DNA from: Elusimicrobiales bacterium
GTDB taxonomy: Bacteria; Elusimicrobiota; Elusimicrobia; Elusimicrobiales; UBA9959
DNA length: 64,000 nucleotides
Reading direction: 5' to 3'
NCBI GenBank assembly: GCA_049972095.1
Contig: JBMFKQ010000002.1
Span: 1 to 64,000, forward strand
In this document: piece after piece, positions 9,945 through 19,858 of the stretch
How the letters are laid out: each line of letters begins with the position of its first letter
How positions within the stretch are numbered: position 1 is the first letter of the stretch
The notes under the pieces: model-generated
The model's database searches: none
The model's input: the letters and a program-made list of their open reading frames with translations, nothing else
What the model was told of the DNA's origin: nothing
Translations under genes and position numbers: made by a program

Positions 9945-12278
9945 ATGGAGGAGAAGAATTATTTTTCAAGATTACCCCTTATAGCAATAAGAGATATAGT
10001 GGTTTTTCCCAATTTTCATTTCCCTCTTGCGGTTACGCGCTTAAAATCTATAAATGCTATTGAACAGTCAATTGAGATATTTTCTAAAAAAATAATAGCC
10101 CTAACTCAGAAAAAACCAACAATAGATGATCCATCTCCATCGGATCTATATACAGTTGGGGTTCTCTGTGAGATAAATCAGCATATGAAGCTTCCAGACG
10201 GAACAATGAGGGTTATTCTTAATGGCATTGAAAGGGTTGTTATAAAAGATATGTATATCAACAAAAAACCAGAGTATTTTTATTGTGATTATGAAAAGGC
10301 TGAAGAGAGGCTCTATCTAAACTCTGAGCTAACAGCACTTGCAAGACACTTGATTGCTGTTTTTGATGATTATGTAAAACTGACAGTAAAAACAAGTGTT
10401 AATATACAGATAATGATGGATGAGATATCAAATCCTTCTAAACTCTGTGATAATATAGCAGCAAGCATAATACTCCCAATATCAGAAAAACAGGAAATCC
10501 TTGAGACATTTGATGTAAAGGAAAGGACGGAAAAGCTTATAAAATACTTAAGCAGAGAGGTTGAGATAATAAACCTTGAACAGAAGATTCACAATAGGGT
10601 CAAATCCCAGATAGAAAAATCTCAAAAGGAATATTATCTTAGCGAACAGATGAAGGCAATTCAAAAAGAGTTAAGACAGAAAGATGATTTTGCAAAAGAG
10701 TTGGATGAATGGAAGAAAAAGATAAAAGCTGCAAAAATGCCCAAGGATGCAGAAGAGGCATGTGAGAGAGAGCTTAATAGGCTTTCAAAGATGATGCCAT
10801 TTTCACCAGAATCAACAGTATCAAGAACATACCTTGACTGGATGGTGTCACTTCCATGGGCAAAAGAGACAAAGGATGTTATAGATCTCAAAAAGGCAAA
10901 GGAGATTTTAGACAAAGAGCATTTTGGGCTTAACAAACCCAAGGAGAGAGTCCTTGAGTTTCTTGCAGTTACTAAACTGACCAATTCACTTAAAGGTCCA
11001 ATACTATGTTTTGTCGGACCACCTGGAGTTGGGAAAACATCAATAGCACGTTCAATTGCAAATGCAATGGGGAGAAATTTTGTAAGAATGAGTTTAGGAG
11101 GTGTGAGGGATGAGGCTGAGATAAGAGGGCATAGAAGAACATATATAGGCTCAATGCCGGGAAGAATAATTCAGAGTTTAAGAAAGGCAAAAAGTAAAAA
11201 TCCTGTTTTTCTTATGGATGAGATTGATAAGATGGGGATAGACTGGAGGGGGGATCCTGCTGCTGCGCTTTTAGAGGTTCTTGATCCTGAACAAAACAAA
11301 GAATTTGTTGATCATTATATAGATCTTCCTTTTGATATATCAAAGGTTATGTTTATAGCAACTGCTAATACGCTTGAAGGAATCCCTGTAAGTTTAAGGG
11401 ATAGACTTGAAATAATAGAATTTTCAGGATATACTCACAACGAAAAACTTCAAATAGCCAAGAATTATCTTATTCCAAGACAATTTAAGGAGCACGGAAT
11501 AATGCGAGAAGAAACAAATGTCAATTTGACAGATGGAGCTATTACAAGAATAATAAATGAATATACAAAAGAAGCAGGTGTTAGAAATCTTGAAAGGGAG
11601 ATAGCATCTCTAAGCAGGAAAATTGCTGTAAAAATTGTAGAGGGCAAGAGAGATATAGAGGTTAATGAGAAAAACATTACTGATTATCTTGATATCCCTA
11701 AATATGTTGATGAGAGATATGATGAAAACTCTGTTGGAGTTGCAACTGGACTTGCATGGACTGAACACGGAGGGGAGGTGCTTTATATTGAAGCTGTTGA
11801 AATGCCAGGAAAAGGGAATCTTGTGGTTACTGGGAGGCTTGGTGAGGTTATGAAAGAATCAGCTCATATAGCATTTTCATTTGTTAAAAGTATACTGAAA
11901 CCCTCACCTCGTTATCTTTCAGCTCATGATTTCCATATACATGTTCCTGAAGGAGCGATACCAAAGGATGGACCGTCAGCTGGGGTAACAATAGCAACTG
12001 CTATATATAGTCTTATCTCTAAAAAACCAGTTTTAAAGGGCATTTCGATGACAGGAGAACTTACTCTTACAGGGAAGGTTCTTGCTATAGGTGGGCTTAA
12101 GGAAAAGATAATAGCTTCTTATAGAGAGGGGATAAAAAGAGTTATATTCCCTTACTTGAATATCAAGGACCTTTCTAATATACCATCAGAGATAAAAAAT
12201 GATATGGAGCTTATTGCTGTTAAAAATATGAAGGAGGTTATAGAAATAACAATTGAGGGAAAGAGGACACAAAAGTAG
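9945..12278 (+). CDS. lon: Lon protease
   Basis: LON N-domain, GPPGVGKT, RGHRRTYIG, DEIDK, PKDGPSAG (Ser), IGGLKEK (Lys). Confidence 0.97.
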   Translation: MEEKNYFSRLPLIAIRDIVVFPNFHFPLAVTRLKSINAIEQSIEIFSKKIIALTQKKPTIDDPSPSDLYTVGVLCEINQHMKLPDGTMRVILNGIERVVIKDMYINKKPEYFYCDYEKAEERLYLNSELTALARHLIAVFDDYVKLTVKTSVNIQIMMDEISNPSKLCDNIAASIILPISEKQEILETFDVKERTEKLIKYLSREVEIINLEQKIHNRVKSQIEKSQKEYYLSEQMKAIQKELRQKDDFAKELDEWKKKIKAAKMPKDAEEACERELNRLSKMMPFSPESTVSRTYLDWMVSLPWAKETKDVIDLKKAKEILDKEHFGLNKPKERVLEFLAVTKLTNSLKGPILCFVGPPGVGKTSIARSIANAMGRNFVRMSLGGVRDEAEIRGHRRTYIGSMPGRIIQSLRKAKSKNPVFLMDEIDKMGIDWRGDPAAALLEVLDPEQNKEFVDHYIDLPFDISKVMFIATANTLEGIPVSLRDRLEIIEFSGYTHNEKLQIAKNYLIPRQFKEHGIMREETNVNLTDGAITRIINEYTKEAGVRNLEREIASLSRKIAVKIVEGKRDIEVNEKNITDYLDIPKYVDERYDENSVGVATGLAWTEHGGEVLYIEAVEMPGKGNLVVTGRLGEVMKESAHIAFSFVKSILKPSPRYLSAHDFHIHVPEGAIPKDGPSAGVTIATAIYSLISKKPVLKGISMTGELTLTGKVLAIGGLKEKIIASYREGIKRVIFPYLNIKDLSNIPSEIKNDMELIAVKNMKEVIEITIEGKRTQK

Positions 12279-12289
12279 AGGATAAGTAT

Positions 12290-14071
12290 ATGAGATTGTT
12301 TTTAATATTGTTTAGTTTCTTTATACAAAACCATCTGTTTTCTTATGAACAATCCCTAACTGATGAGGCGACTAAGGGAAAGCTTGAGTCTGCAAGACTT
12401 GATGAGATGATTGAGAAGTATCTTGCAACCATATCTATGTATGATCCTGAAAGAGCAACATATCTTGGTATTCATGACAATGACTATCTTTTGACATCAA
12501 GAGATTATGCAACACAAGGAAGTTTACTTGATGCAATTAGGTTTCTAAAAAAAGACATTGAAAGAATTGATTATGAGTCTCTTGATGTATTTAAAAGATC
12601 TGAATACAATACACTAAGCTCAATGATTGAAAACGATATCTATGGGATAGAAAACATAAAGAGACTTTCTCTTTATCCTCAGTATTATCTTGAGCCTTTT
12701 GATACTGTTTATTTTATGATGACGAAGGATTATGCTCCATATATGGCAAGAGCAAAGAATGCCCTTGCAAGGCTTTCAAAAATCCCATCTATTCTCTATC
12801 AGGCTGAAAGAAATATAACAAGACCACCAAGACCCTGGACAGTTTATTCAATAAACAGAGCATCTTATACTATTGTAAATCTCGGCGATTATTATCAGGT
12901 TTTTAGAAACTATATAGGACTTGACCCAACCCTTAAAACAGAATTTGAAAATATTATATCAGATTTGAAAACTGCGCTTGAGAGGTATAAAAGATTTCTT
13001 GAAAAAGAGGTTCTTCCAAGATCTGATGGCAAGGCATATTCAGGACTCTATACTTATGGTTTCTATCTTGAGAGATGGCATGGTATAGATTACAATCCTA
13101 GAAAGGCAATGAGGGTTGCAAAGAGAAATTTTATGAAGAATTATGCAAGGCTTGTTGAGGAAGCAAAAAAGATTGCCCCAGACAGATACTCTGAAGGTGG
13201 TATAGCAGCGGTTTATCAGTTTATTAGTGGAGATTATCCAGAATATGATAATGTGGTAAAAAATATATCCGATCTTTTTGAAAAAGCAAAGGATCATTTT
13301 GATGAATACAGGGTTATAAAATATCCTCAACAGCGGCTTCTGATAAGAACATCACCAGTTTTTTTTACTGGTTTTTATCCTTCATTCTTCTACATCCCCC
13401 CTTTTGCTCTTGACAAAGAGAGGGTTGGAGAGATATATATTTATCTTCCAAATGAAAAGGATAAAGAAAAACAAGAAAAAATATTATCCTCACTTTATTC
13501 ACAACCAAAGATCGAGCTTTTTATATCAAGCCTCTTAATCCCCGGACTTCACATCAGATATGATTATTTAGGTGGTTTATCAAAGATAAGAAAAGTTGCT
13601 TATCATCCAGCACTTGATGGGTGGATGGATTTTGCAATTGACCTTGCAATGGATATGGGATATTACTCAAGTGTATATGCACCATTTCTTACACAGTATT
13701 TTAAAACCCTTAGAGCTTTGAGAGGATATCTTGATGTTGCTTACCATATTGAGGAGATCAATTGGGATGAGGCGAAAGAAAAATTTAATAAGTACTTTGG
13801 TCTAAACAATGATATGTGTGAATACGAGATGCTTAACATTTCTATGAAGCCAAGCTATTTTTTTGCTGCTGTTTATGGATATAATGAGATTGTTAAGCTT
13901 AAAAATAAGTTTGTTGGTTCCGAGAACAGGTTTTTTGATCTAAGAGAATTTAACTCTGACTTTCTTACAAGGGGAAATATATCATTTAAGGATATAAAGG
14001 AAGAACTTAAAGTCATAAGGAAGGAAAGGCTTAAGAAAAAGATACTTGAAGAAGAGGAATATGAAGAATGA
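12290..14071 (+). CDS. Exported DUF885-family protein (divergent)
   Basis: Signal peptide; PERATYLGIH..D, RL.KIP..L.QA..N, IPG.H, DGW, R...D...H, P.Y...Y.G..EI..L, FDLREFN patterns match DUF885. Confidence 0.75.
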   Translation: MRLFLILFSFFIQNHLFSYEQSLTDEATKGKLESARLDEMIEKYLATISMYDPERATYLGIHDNDYLLTSRDYATQGSLLDAIRFLKKDIERIDYESLDVFKRSEYNTLSSMIENDIYGIENIKRLSLYPQYYLEPFDTVYFMMTKDYAPYMARAKNALARLSKIPSILYQAERNITRPPRPWTVYSINRASYTIVNLGDYYQVFRNYIGLDPTLKTEFENIISDLKTALERYKRFLEKEVLPRSDGKAYSGLYTYGFYLERWHGIDYNPRKAMRVAKRNFMKNYARLVEEAKKIAPDRYSEGGIAAVYQFISGDYPEYDNVVKNISDLFEKAKDHFDEYRVIKYPQQRLLIRTSPVFFTGFYPSFFYIPPFALDKERVGEIYIYLPNEKDKEKQEKILSSLYSQPKIELFISSLLIPGLHIRYDYLGGLSKIRKVAYHPALDGWMDFAIDLAMDMGYYSSVYAPFLTQYFKTLRALRGYLDVAYHIEEINWDEAKEKFNKYFGLNNDMCEYEMLNISMKPSYFFAAVYGYNEIVKLKNKFVGSENRFFDLREFNSDFLTRGNISFKDIKEELKVIRKERLKKKILEEEEYEE

Positions 14072-14801
14072 TTTTGCAGCTATAGATTTTTTTGAGGTTT
14101 CTAAAACATATTTCACAAAAAGTTTTTTTAATTCATTTCAAAAAAAAGTTCTTGATAAAATTACATTCTCTGTTGCTAAAGGCTCAATCACTGGACTTGT
14201 TGGAGTAAATGGGGCAGGGAAAACTACAGTGATAAAGATAATATGTGGCATAACTAAACCTGACAGTGGAAGTGTAAAGATTATGGGGGTTGATGTTTTA
14301 AAAAAATCATATCCAGGAAGTATTGGATATACAAGCGAGCTACCGTATTTTTGCCAGTCATTCAGTGTTGAGGATACTGTGAGATTCTTTCATTCTATAT
14401 CAGATACACCCGTTGATGAAAACAAGCTTAAAGAGATATACCTTCTAAGCGATATCGAAAGGTTCAAAAATGAGAAGGTCAAGAATCTTTCAAGAGGTAT
14501 GCTTCAGAAACTTTCTATTGCCTGTGCGCTTGTTAATGATCCCAAGATTCTGGTTCTTGATGAACCAACAGAAGGATTGGACCCAATCTATGTAAAAAGC
14601 ATGAGAGAAATACTTCTAAGGATAAATGAAAAAGGAAAAACTGTGTTTTTCTCTTCACATAGAATATCAGAGATTGAGAAAATATGTAGTGTTGTGATTG
14701 TTATAAATCGTGGAAGGATTATAAGGGTGTTTGATGATAGAGGTATGTTTAAAGACAGCCTTGAAAGTAAGGTGATAGAAAGTATAGAGAAGGATGCTTA
14801 G
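14061..14801 (+). CDS. ABC transporter ATP-binding protein (PilH-like)
   Basis: GVNGAGKT, LSRGMLQK, VLDEPT, SSH; start placed at ATG 14061. Confidence 0.9.
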   Translation: MKNDFAAIDFFEVSKTYFTKSFFNSFQKKVLDKITFSVAKGSITGLVGVNGAGKTTVIKIICGITKPDSGSVKIMGVDVLKKSYPGSIGYTSELPYFCQSFSVEDTVRFFHSISDTPVDENKLKEIYLLSDIERFKNEKVKNLSRGMLQKLSIACALVNDPKILVLDEPTEGLDPIYVKSMREILLRINEKGKTVFFSSHRISEIEKICSVVIVINRGRIIRVFDDRGMFKDSLESKVIESIEKDA

Positions 14802-15519
14802 AAAGGTTTTCTATATATCATTTTATTCAATAAAAGAATTTTTTCTCTCTAAGATTTTCTATTTTGTTTTTTTTCTAATACTTTTTTCTTTTTTTATTTC
14901 ATCAATAGTAAGTATTATGGCTGTTAGCCAGGAGAGAAAGGTTCTTTCAGATTTTTTTGTTGCTTTGGCACAGATGGCAGTGCTTTTATTTGCTTTGATA
15001 TATCCTCCATTTTCAATTAATCTTGAACTGGAAACAAAAAGAATATATCTTGTGCTTTCAAAATCAGTATCAAGAGCTGAGTGGTTTATATCTAAATTCA
15101 TATCATTTATATTAGATTGTCTCATCCTTCTTGTATCTGTAAGTTTGGTTGGTTTTATTTTTATGAAGATATTTAAAAATTGTTCTCCATCCTTAACATA
15201 TATAAATGAGCTCTCTTTCATATTTTTAAAAATACTTCCCATTATATCTATCTCAATCTCCCTTTCATTTATAACAACATCCCCATATTTAGCAATGATC
15301 ATCTCTACAATGATTTGGATTGCAGCACATTATGCTTGTGAAATAAAATATTCTCTTTCCTATATAAAGTCATATTATGACTACATTGCATACATAATAT
15401 ACCTTCTTCCAGATTTTTCGCTTAAAACAGTGAGTTTAAATTTTTTAACTTATGTCTTTTTCTACTCCATTCTATGGCTTTCTGCAGGTTTTTTTTCCTT
15501 TGAAAGAAAAGAACTATGA
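14794..15519 (+). CDS. ABC-2 type permease (PilI-like)
   Basis: Multiple TM helices, E.E.KRIY.VLSK.VSR..W...KF motif, LLPDFS, C-terminal FERKEL. Confidence 0.8.
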   Translation: MLRKVFYISFYSIKEFFLSKIFYFVFFLILFSFFISSIVSIMAVSQERKVLSDFFVALAQMAVLLFALIYPPFSINLELETKRIYLVLSKSVSRAEWFISKFISFILDCLILLVSVSLVGFIFMKIFKNCSPSLTYINELSFIFLKILPIISISISLSFITTSPYLAMIISTMIWIAAHYACEIKYSLSYIKSYYDYIAYIIYLLPDFSLKTVSLNFLTYVFFYSILWLSAGFFSFERKEL

Positions 15520-16181
15520 AAAGAACTATTTTTTATTCACTGCTGATTTTAGGTTTTTTGTGCTCTTTTAGATATGAGTATAATCTTCCAAATACCTTTC
15601 TATATCTTGGCAGATACTTAAGAGATCCAATTGAAGCATGCATATTTAAATCTATAGGTTTAAAGGAAGTTTATGGGGATTTGCTTTATATAAGATTGCT
15701 TCAGTATTATGGAAAAAGGGAGTTTAATTATGAAGATTATCTTGGGGGAAACTATCCTGATATGTATGCGAGATCCCTTGCCCTTGCTATTGTTGCTCCT
15801 GATTATGAAAATGCAATTATCCTTTCTTCATCTATACTTGCTTTTGGCCTTGGAAGAACCTGGGAGGCAAAGTCGGTGTTGAAGATTGCAATGTTAGAAG
15901 ATATACCTCAATATCTGAAAGTTAAATACGCCCTACTTCTTTCAGCTGTTATAACATATGAGAAAAATAAAAAAAATCTGCTTGATGAACAAACCCTTCT
16001 TCTTCTCTCTGAGATTGCAATGCAAAAAGAAGCTTCTGATATGTTTAGAAATATAGTTGCATTTCTTTGTGAAAAGGCTGGTAGGATAGATATTGCAAGA
16101 GCTATATATAAAAAGATAGTTGAAACATCCAATGATGAATATTACAGAAAAAAGGCAAGCCAAAAATTAAAAGATTTTTGA
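15516..16181 (+). CDS. Membrane-anchored helical/TPR-like protein (PilG/XapA-like)
   Basis: N-terminal TM, GDLLYIRLLQYYG motif, helical repeats; translationally coupled to the ABC permease. Confidence 0.6.
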   Translation: MKRTIFYSLLILGFLCSFRYEYNLPNTFLYLGRYLRDPIEACIFKSIGLKEVYGDLLYIRLLQYYGKREFNYEDYLGGNYPDMYARSLALAIVAPDYENAIILSSSILAFGLGRTWEAKSVLKIAMLEDIPQYLKVKYALLLSAVITYEKNKKNLLDEQTLLLLSEIAMQKEASDMFRNIVAFLCEKAGRIDIARAIYKKIVETSNDEYYRKKASQKLKDF

Positions 16182-16187
16182 GAGTTT

Positions 16188-17249
16188 ATGATAATTTTAA
16201 GATATCTTAGCAACCGGGGAAACTGTATAGAAAATTACAACGCCTTGAATTCTGCAGTTTTTCTTAATAATGCTGGGAATGATGTGATAATAATTTCAAA
16301 GAAGGATAGTTATATTAAAGAGTTTTGTAAGAAAAATAAAGTTAAATATCACGAGCTAAATTTTTTAATTCTTTCAGGAATATCAAGGATCCCAAATGCT
16401 GACCTTGTTGAGATTTACAGTTATTCAAAGGAAGATGATAAGTTTATAGAAAAACTTTTATCATTAAAGAAACCCAAGATTATGAGAGTTTTTGGGTTTC
16501 CTGATTCTGATACAAGGGAGTTTATTAAGAAGAATGAATATTCTTTTTCAAGAATAATAGTTTCCTGCCAGTCTATTAAAGATGAGCTTGTTTTTAATCA
16601 GATTTCCCCTATCAGAATAATGATTCTTTCTCCACTTCTTGTTATGTCAAGATGGGAGAGTGCAAAACAGATAAAGCCTTTTACGATAATGCAAAGACCT
16701 TACAGGGTTGGATGTGTGATGAGAAGTTTTTCTGAGGAAGAAGCAAAATTCTTTATGCTTATAGCAAAAAATGTTCTTGTCAAAAACAATGAAGTAAACT
16801 TTATGATAGTTGGAAGTAGGGATGAGAGGATAAGGGAATTTGCCAGAAATCTTGGTATAAGTCACAAGGTTGATATACTTGGATGGAGAGATGATATGCC
16901 AGAGGTTATGGCAATGCTTCATATATATGTTTCAACTCGAAATACTCCATCAGTAGGACGATCCTTAATTGAAGCGCTTGCATCAGGAGTTGTGTGCGTG
17001 GTAGGAAATGTTGGTGGAATTTCTGATTTTATAAAAAATGACTATACCGGAATAATCATAAATCCAAGAAATATTGATGAGTATGTTAAAAACATAGTTC
17101 GTCTTGTTGGAGATCCTGTTACAATGCAGAATATTTCTGCTATGGCTTTTGCATATGCAAAAGCAAACTTTTCTGCCCAGATAATAACAAAGGTTGAGGA
17201 GCTTGTTTATGAGGAGACTGTAGCAGGATGGATTTCAAAGTATGTATAA
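16188..17249 (+). CDS. Glycosyltransferase family 4 protein (divergent)
   Basis: GT-B C-terminal domain: ILGWRDDMPEVM, GRSLIEALASG..VV..VGGI.D.I....TG. Confidence 0.8.
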   Translation: MIILRYLSNRGNCIENYNALNSAVFLNNAGNDVIIISKKDSYIKEFCKKNKVKYHELNFLILSGISRIPNADLVEIYSYSKEDDKFIEKLLSLKKPKIMRVFGFPDSDTREFIKKNEYSFSRIIVSCQSIKDELVFNQISPIRIMILSPLLVMSRWESAKQIKPFTIMQRPYRVGCVMRSFSEEEAKFFMLIAKNVLVKNNEVNFMIVGSRDERIREFARNLGISHKVDILGWRDDMPEVMAMLHIYVSTRNTPSVGRSLIEALASGVVCVVGNVGGISDFIKNDYTGIIINPRNIDEYVKNIVRLVGDPVTMQNISAMAFAYAKANFSAQIITKVEELVYEETVAGWISKYV

Positions 17250-17273
17250 TGATAAGTATAATGTGATGTAGTT

Positions 17274-18278
17274 ATGCTTTTTATACTCTTTATTTTTTTT
17301 GTCTATCTTCCGCTTGAGTCAAAGGATGTTTATACAGGAAGCTTTTTAAACATACCACCCGCACCATATCCTACATCTCTTGCTGAGTCATTTGCAGCAC
17401 GGGTTAATGCTGATTCGGTTCTCTATAATCCTGCAGGTTTAGGACTTTTGAGTTATTCATCACTTTCAATTGCACACAACAAATACATAGAAGGGCTTTT
17501 GCAACAGTATATAAATGCTGTTATAGATACCCCTTATGGTAATTTTTCAGCATTTTACTCTGTTATGAAGAGTGGTGATATAATCTCATATGATGAAAGC
17601 GAAAATATAACAGGCAATACATCCATATCATACTCTTATTATGGATTTAGTTATTCTAAGGGTTTTCCATATTTTGATTATGCAAGAAAAAAAATTGATC
17701 CTATGTTAATAACCCCCTCATGGTCAAGGATAAAACCAGTGGGGGTTTATATACCAAAGGTATATAGATTTTCTTTTGGACTAACTGCAAAAAAGCTCGA
17801 AGAAAGACTTGATACAGAGAAAAGAGGTATAAATCTTTTTGATGGTGGGGTGTTACTTGTGCTTCCAGGACATTTTCATATAGGTGCATCTATTCAAAAT
17901 GTGTCTTCAAAATCGAGATTTTATCAACAATATGAAAAAATTCCTTCAACTTTTAGATTTGGAGTTGCAAAGGATTTTTCAACAATAAAACAGATAATAA
18001 ACTTTATTTTTACTGCTGATTATGTAGGTGTTGAGGGTAATAAAAACTATCTAAGTATGGCAAGTGAAATAGATATTTTAAAAGCCTTTCAGATGAGATT
18101 TGGTTATTCAACAAAAGATAATCCTGGTTTTTCAAGATTTGTGTTTGGGATGGGCATGACCTTTGATAGGTTTTTAACCAAGGAAAGTCTTGTAAAGGGC
18201 TTGAGAATGGATTATGCATATTTAGAACATAAATATTTTGGCTCTACACACAGGATTGGTTTTCAGATGATTTGGTAA
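17274..18278 (+). CDS. PorV/PorQ-like (UPF0164) outer-membrane beta-barrel
   Basis: FL.I...P....L.E.F, YNPAGL, amphipathic strands, C-terminal DYAY...FG.THRIG...W. Confidence 0.75.
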   Translation: MLFILFIFFVYLPLESKDVYTGSFLNIPPAPYPTSLAESFAARVNADSVLYNPAGLGLLSYSSLSIAHNKYIEGLLQQYINAVIDTPYGNFSAFYSVMKSGDIISYDESENITGNTSISYSYYGFSYSKGFPYFDYARKKIDPMLITPSWSRIKPVGVYIPKVYRFSFGLTAKKLEERLDTEKRGINLFDGGVLLVLPGHFHIGASIQNVSSKSRFYQQYEKIPSTFRFGVAKDFSTIKQIINFIFTADYVGVEGNKNYLSMASEIDILKAFQMRFGYSTKDNPGFSRFVFGMGMTFDRFLTKESLVKGLRMDYAYLEHKYFGSTHRIGFQMIW

Positions 18279-18327
18279 TTTAAGTATAGTTTTTAAAAAT
18301 TTGTATAATATCTTAAGAGGAGGTAAA

Positions 18328-19611
18328 ATGAAAAGGATATTGTTGCTTTTAATTTTCAGTATAGGTGTTGTTGCTTATTCTCAAGAGGATGAAAAAAAAT
18401 TAAAAGAGCATGATTCAAAGGTTGAAGAGCTTAAAAAACAGAGAGAAAATCTAAGCCTTGAATACGAGATTGAGATGCAAAAGCAAAAGAATACCTTAAT
18501 TGGTATAGAGAAGGAGTATAATGAGCTTTCTATTAAAAATAAACTTATGATTGAGAAACTTAATATGGAGGTTGCAGAGCTTAAGGCGCAGCTAGAAAAA
18601 CTTTCTAATATGAATAAAGTTGCTGAGGAAAAAAATAAACAGGAGATTTCAAAACTTAACTTTGAGCTTAACAGATTAAAGCTCTTAAATGATATTGAAG
18701 AAGAGAAACTTAAAGCGGAGAAAAGAAAAATTAAAGAAGAGAAAGATAGAATGGATTTTGAGAAAGAAAGGATAAAACATGAGCTTTTTCTAAAAACAAA
18801 TGAGGTTGATAAACTAAAAGCAGAGCTTGAGCTTATATCAAAGAAAGAGGAGGTTAAAAGAATTGCCAAAAAAGAGCCAGTTTATTCAGATTTAGTTTTT
18901 AGGGATGGAAGTCTTGTTATATCTGATAGGAGAATACCTCTCAACGGTGTTATAACAATGAAGACTGCGGATTTTGTGGTAGATAGGATAAACTATTATA
19001 ATAACCAGAGCACTGCTCCAATATTTATAGTGATAGATAGATCCCCCGGAGGATCTGTAATGGCAGGATATAAAATTCTTAAAGCAATGGAGGCAAGTAT
19101 CTCTCCTGTTTATGTGGTTGTAAAATCATATGCTGCATCAATGGCTGCAACAATCACAACCCTTGCAAAAAAATCTTTTGTTTATCCAAATGCTATAATC
19201 CTTCATCATCAGATGAGAGCTATGACATGGGGTAATATGACACAGTTAAAAGAGCAGCTTGAGATGGCAAAAAAGTGGGAAAAAAGAGTAATGGGCCCTG
19301 TTGCAAAAAAAATAGGGATGGATATTGAAGAGTTTAGAAAGAAAATGTATGAACACAGCTCTGATGGTGATTGGGAAGAGTTTGGTGATGATGCTGTTAA
19401 TCTTAAGTGGGTAACTCAAAGCGTTGACAGTATAATTGAAGAGGGTATAGTTAGAGACCCTGATTACTATGAGGATAAAAAGTTTACTACAAATATCTTT
19501 GAGGAAAAGGTTGATGAAAAAGGGAAAAAATATGTTGAGCTACCAAGACTTGATCCCTTTGACTTTTATTTTCTCTACAATCCTGATGGATATTACAGAT
19601 ATAACTATTAA
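18328..19611 (+). CDS. Exported ClpP-like (S14) peptidase with long N-terminal coiled coil
   Basis: GGAGG SD then MKRILLLLIFSIGVVAYS signal peptide; E/K/L-rich coil; IDRSPGGSVMAG, YAASMAA (Ser), ILHHQ (His), DGDW (candidate Asp). Confidence 0.85.
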   Translation: MKRILLLLIFSIGVVAYSQEDEKKLKEHDSKVEELKKQRENLSLEYEIEMQKQKNTLIGIEKEYNELSIKNKLMIEKLNMEVAELKAQLEKLSNMNKVAEEKNKQEISKLNFELNRLKLLNDIEEEKLKAEKRKIKEEKDRMDFEKERIKHELFLKTNEVDKLKAELELISKKEEVKRIAKKEPVYSDLVFRDGSLVISDRRIPLNGVITMKTADFVVDRINYYNNQSTAPIFIVIDRSPGGSVMAGYKILKAMEASISPVYVVVKSYAASMAATITTLAKKSFVYPNAIILHHQMRAMTWGNMTQLKEQLEMAKKWEKRVMGPVAKKIGMDIEEFRKKMYEHSSDGDWEEFGDDAVNLKWVTQSVDSIIEEGIVRDPDYYEDKKFTTNIFEEKVDEKGKKYVELPRLDPFDFYFLYNPDGYYRYNY

Positions 19612-19669
19612 AGAAGATTTGCTTTTTCGTTGTGTTGTTTTGTAGATTTTGTGGAGGGGTATATGAAGA

Positions 19670-19858
19670 ATGGGAGGTGGCTTTGAGCCAAGATACTCAT
19701 CAAAGGAGAGCTTTGAAAAGGATTTTCCTAAAAGTGATATAATTCCACAAAGTGTGAGATGTCCTGGATGTGGGCAGGTAATAGCTCTTAACAGAAAATC
19801 TCTATCCAATAAAAGTGCGGGCTGGTGTAGAAAATGTGTGAGAGCAGTTACTCTTTGA
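19670..19858 (+). CDS. Small zinc-ribbon protein
   Basis: 62 aa with CPGC...CRKC; GGAGG upstream; fills an intergenic gap. Confidence 0.6.
   Translation: MGGGFEPRYSSKESFEKDFPKSDIIPQSVRCPGCGQVIALNRKSLSNKSAGWCRKCVRAVTL

Noticed and set aside
18381..18869. 162-aa antisense ORF rich in S/F/L
   Set aside because: Mirror of the GAA/AAA-rich coiled-coil gene on the opposite strand; no independent coding signal.
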